DNA of 64,000 bases from Raillietiella orientalis (Eukaryota): NCBI GenBank assembly GCA_036172245.1, contig JAYWIR010000057.1, positions 496,001-560,000 on the forward strand, in the 5' to 3' direction. Position numbers and translations under genes: made by a program. Shown here piece after piece: positions 60,478 through 64,000 of the stretch (its first letter is position 1; each line of letters begins with the position of its first letter). The notes below the pieces were generated by a model. That model made no database searches. It saw only the letters and a list, made by a program, of their open reading frames with translations, and was not told the DNA's origin.

Positions 60478-61260
60478 ACCGTACGGCTGCTGTCTCAGAG
60501 CGTGGTGATACCAGGTGCTGTGGGTTCGAATCCCCCCCCCCCCCGAGGAAGGATCAACGCCTGGAATGGAGGGTGAGTCGAGGGTCTCGATCCCCCCACT
60601 CCCACCCCACACAGCAGGATGACTCTGGGTAGCCTTCAGGTTTCGGGTGCAACACAGGTAGAAGCCTGAAGCCAGATGCCCCCGTTTAATAGCCGGGAGT
60701 GGAAGTTGACCCTCCGAGGTCCTTCTAGGAACCAAAGAGACGGTTCTCTACGGAAGTCTCCCTCCGGTTGTGAAAATGGAACCGCACCATGTGGAGCTGG
60801 TTGACACCCCCCTCAGCAGTTGCCTCTTCCGGGTGTAAGCAGTGAACCGCTCCTTTCGAGAAAGCACCCTTCAGAGAAATTTGGAGGCGTCCCTTCGGGG
60901 TTGCCTCCGGAGAAGAAATTCCAAGAGCGGATGCTTTCCGGAGGGTCCTTCTGGAGAAGAAATTCGGGATAGGGTCTTTTTTCCAGGTCCCCCTTGGAGA
61001 AGAAACGAGGACCCGTTCCGGAAGATTCCCTCAGGAGAGAACGAGGAAGAAGGTTTCTTCGAGATTCCCTCCCAAGCGTAAGAGGAACGGAGTCCTTCCT
61101 TCGGAGCCTTCTGCTGGATTCATAGGGTGGTCCCTACGGGGTTACCGTCTAGCTTGCAGACTTGCATACATTGTCGAGTGGCGTGGACAGTGCTAAAGAG
61201 CTTCGTGAGCTCGTCCTAAGGAGATGAAGGGTTCTTCAGCACTTGGGAAACCGAAAAAAA
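60478..61260 (+). mobile_element. SINE copy 11 (sense orientation)
   Basis: Head GGGTTCGAATCC at ~60522, a second GGGTCTCGATCCCC at ~60582, and the tail GTTCTTCAGCACTTGGGAAACCGAAAAAAA. Confidence 0.9.
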
Positions 61261-62499
61261 GAGCTTGAAGAAAAGAGGTGAAAACAAAAGAACCCCAGAA
61301 GGTCTCCCTCATTCATTTGGGTTCCAAATTTTCGCAGAAGTAAGTCGATGTGTGCGATCTACTTTCCAGAATTTCCGTGTGCTTGGGCGTAGCGTGCGCA
61401 TTTCTGTTTTTAATGCTCTTCCACCGTGTGATGAGAACCAGAATTTTTCTCCGCAGCATCAGCTGACTATAAGCCTTCGAGCATTCCGGAGAAGCAGCAG
61501 TTCCAGACAGTTTCCTCCGTTTTCTCAGAAAGAGAAGCGCAACAACCAGTAGGTAATTGGGCGTGTTCAAAGCGTGACAAGTGACGACCCTAGCACTCTT
61601 GAGTCAGGTAGAAGCCATGCAAAAATCACACGCATCCAGTATCCTCCCCATCCACATCGTGCCAGCGTAGTCCAATGCGCAAGAGAGAAAAAAAACTCTT
61701 TTTCTTTTCTAGAGAGGGCGAGACTGCTCCTCTGGAAAGCAACTGATTCTTGGACGTTTTGCACGACGGCCACTCGGCTTGTTGGTGCCAAAAATTCAGC
61801 CTGGGAAAAATCGAAAAAGATCTTGCATTCCTGAACGAAACCTGCGTTCTACCTGGGCACCGCCTCCAGCACTCGAAACTCTGAATGCATTTTTTTTTCT
61901 TCACACATGCTGATACGAGTACAACAAAAGGACGAATCAGGAAGAACGACCTCGATTCTGTCACACTTCACAACGAGCATATCACAATTCTTTGCCATAA
62001 ATTTTTTACTGCCATCATTCCTTCATGAGTTTTCCCTGTTTGGGTTGTTGAGAACAAGATCAGTACTTCACATCGTCCCCGAGTACTTCTAATAGAAGGA
62101 CTGTTTCCAGAGGAGGGCGGAGTCCACTGAAAAGTCTCCTAGTTTCATAGTTTGGGTAGCTGATGGCACTTCCTTCTCAGACATGACAAAGGGGTTTGTT
62201 TCACTGACGACTGCTCATAACTTCGAAAGAACTGGAACCTATTTTGAAAATCCGAGATCACAAGAAAGCATACGTCAGAATGTGAAGTGTTGGTTTTTCG
62301 TGGCATTCGTCCTCTGTCTGCGATTTCTTTCTTTCCATCACCCGAACTTGCATCGAAGGAATTTCTCTCCAATGCGAATGGCATGGGCATTCGTGCATCC
62401 GATCAGATGGGAATGCACGCCGCATCATGGCAGAAGTCAGCTTCCACTTTCACTCAAATGGTGACTCCACTTCCTGAGCTGTTCCACGAGCCTTATCGC

Positions 62500-64000
62500 T
62501 TGAGCTTACTCCCAGTCACCCATCTCACGTTTGAGAACACTGACTTGTGGGTCAGCATAAAGGAAAATCTTAGGACGGAAAAGAGAGGTCGAACCTAAAA
62601 TGCCAACTCGGACGTTGTCGACATTTGGCGCTTCTCATGAAAGCCTGTGGTAGCTCTCTCAAAAATCTGTGACTGGTCCTTCCTCCAGAGTGCTTCGGAG
62701 CGTTTGATTCCCACCCGTGTGGAGCCCGCGTTTGGCCCCCATCTAGAAGAACTGGTGCCCGTTGCGTCCAGTCACAAGCTCCGCGCACTCTCGTGTGCGC
62801 GTAAGTGCAAGTGCAGACCCTGATAGGTCACAATGACTACCACTCCACGAGGATGCTCCGAGTGGAGATTGCTTCTCCAGCTGCTAAACAGGAACAGTTT
62901 AAGGTGAATTGTGGGAGCTCCTGGCACACGATTCATTGTGATTGCTTGAAGATCCGGGGCAGGGTGAAAGCGAGATGGCCGAAACGGGCCGCGGATGTCA
63001 TCAAGGAAATTTCCCATGAAGCAGAATCAAAGGAGACGAGATGAGGCAGGATACCAGAAACGAAGAAGGCGAGGTTCATTTGGAAAGAGAAGAGGATCGT
63101 GTCAGATAGCTCACTGGGAACCAGGGCCTTGGAGGAGTAGACACCAAGCCACGAGGAAGATGCATCGGTTGTTTGAAAGCATGCTCACGATGAGAAGAAA
63201 AGCACTGACCTCGAAATCGGAAATTGGCCAACAGTTTCAAGTCTCCATTCGACCAATGAAACATCAATACCAGAGCCAATTCAGACACAGAAAAGGCGAG
63301 CGTTGGCATTGTGTATTTGCAAGCAGTTACGAAAGAGGCGAAGACCGAGCGGAATCGAGCACCTGAGTCTCGGAAAAATTTCTGGTAACTCATTTTCTTG
63401 AATGCGAGTAAGATGGAATAGTATTCGATGCAGTCCATGGGAGGGTAGCTGTGGAACAGAGGAAGAGAAGAGCTGGTGCTCAGCACCAAGGTCGCCATCA
63501 ACTCATTAAAGATTAGCTTGGAAAAAGAAAATACCCAAAGGATGGCTGCCAACCTCGGAGCACCAGTTCATTGCACAGTTTATGATTTAGTGCCATTGAC
63601 ATGGTCGACTTAGAGGTTCACTAGAGGATGTGCAGCACGAATTCTAGGTCTTGACTTTGAATAGGCTTGAAAGGCGTGGCCAAATTGTTTCCACCAGTCC
63701 ACCACGGACAGGAGGAAAAAGGTATTGCAAGGAATTGGAAGGTCTTCGAGGCTCGTATTCGTTGATGGCGCTTCCTCCTCCTAACACTCATCTTGTCAGA
63801 TGTTATCCGTGCTCTCTCACTTTCCAGTGTGTTGCCTCAAAGTGAGAAGAGCCCTGGGGAGACGCCAAGGGAGCGAATCCGAAAGGCTGGAATGTAATAC
63901 AAAGAAAGTGGCCAGACTCCCATAGCCTTGAAGACCTCGAAGTTTCATGGTCCACTGAAAACATTGCAGAAGCAGTCAGGCCACCAAAGATCGCTGTGCA
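62500..64000 (-). mobile_element. Decayed L1 ORF2, continuing beyond the window end
   Basis: LRGWQP, LVLSTSSSLPLFH (cf. VLSSLPLY) and WESNAPKH (cf. W....PPK) occur in order on the minus strand. Confidence 0.55.

Noticed and set aside
52052..60478. Evidence that the spacer between SINE copies 9 and 11 has already inverted
   Set aside because: The flanking L1 fragments do not rejoin into a continuous element in either orientation, so an actual inversion is not demonstrated.
60490..60545. Functional tRNA genes at the GGTTCGAATCC motifs
   Set aside because: No cloverleaf or acceptor stem; each motif is embedded in the SINE head.

Overview
Eukaryotic genomic DNA, most likely a land plant; this is inferred only from plant-type L1 motifs (DUF4283/zf-CCHC ORF1, zf-RVT, RVT_3-like RNase H), and the species cannot be determined. 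I find no intact protein-coding gene, and the ORF track looks like noise from GC-rich, decayed retrotransposons. The window contains: (i) 11 copies of one ~0.65-0.95 kb tRNA-related SINE family with a double T-arm-like head, a variable-number hairpin-repeat core and an A-rich tail, including a nearly identical inverted pair at 51.3-52.05 kb and 60.5-61.26 kb; (ii) five 3' ends of a LINE family whose ORF ends in a WPHL motif and which terminates in a conserved AATAAA-CCCGGCGTGACCG end with no poly(A); (iii) many heavily decayed L1 ORF2 fragments; (iv) a same-strand cluster of ORF1-like remnants at 32-48.5 kb; (v) a few non-TE-looking islands, notably a 5-unit ~60 bp palindrome-containing tandem array at 5.5-5.8 kb. 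All protein-level calls come from recognising degenerate motifs by eye and need HMM confirmation. Element boundaries are approximate.
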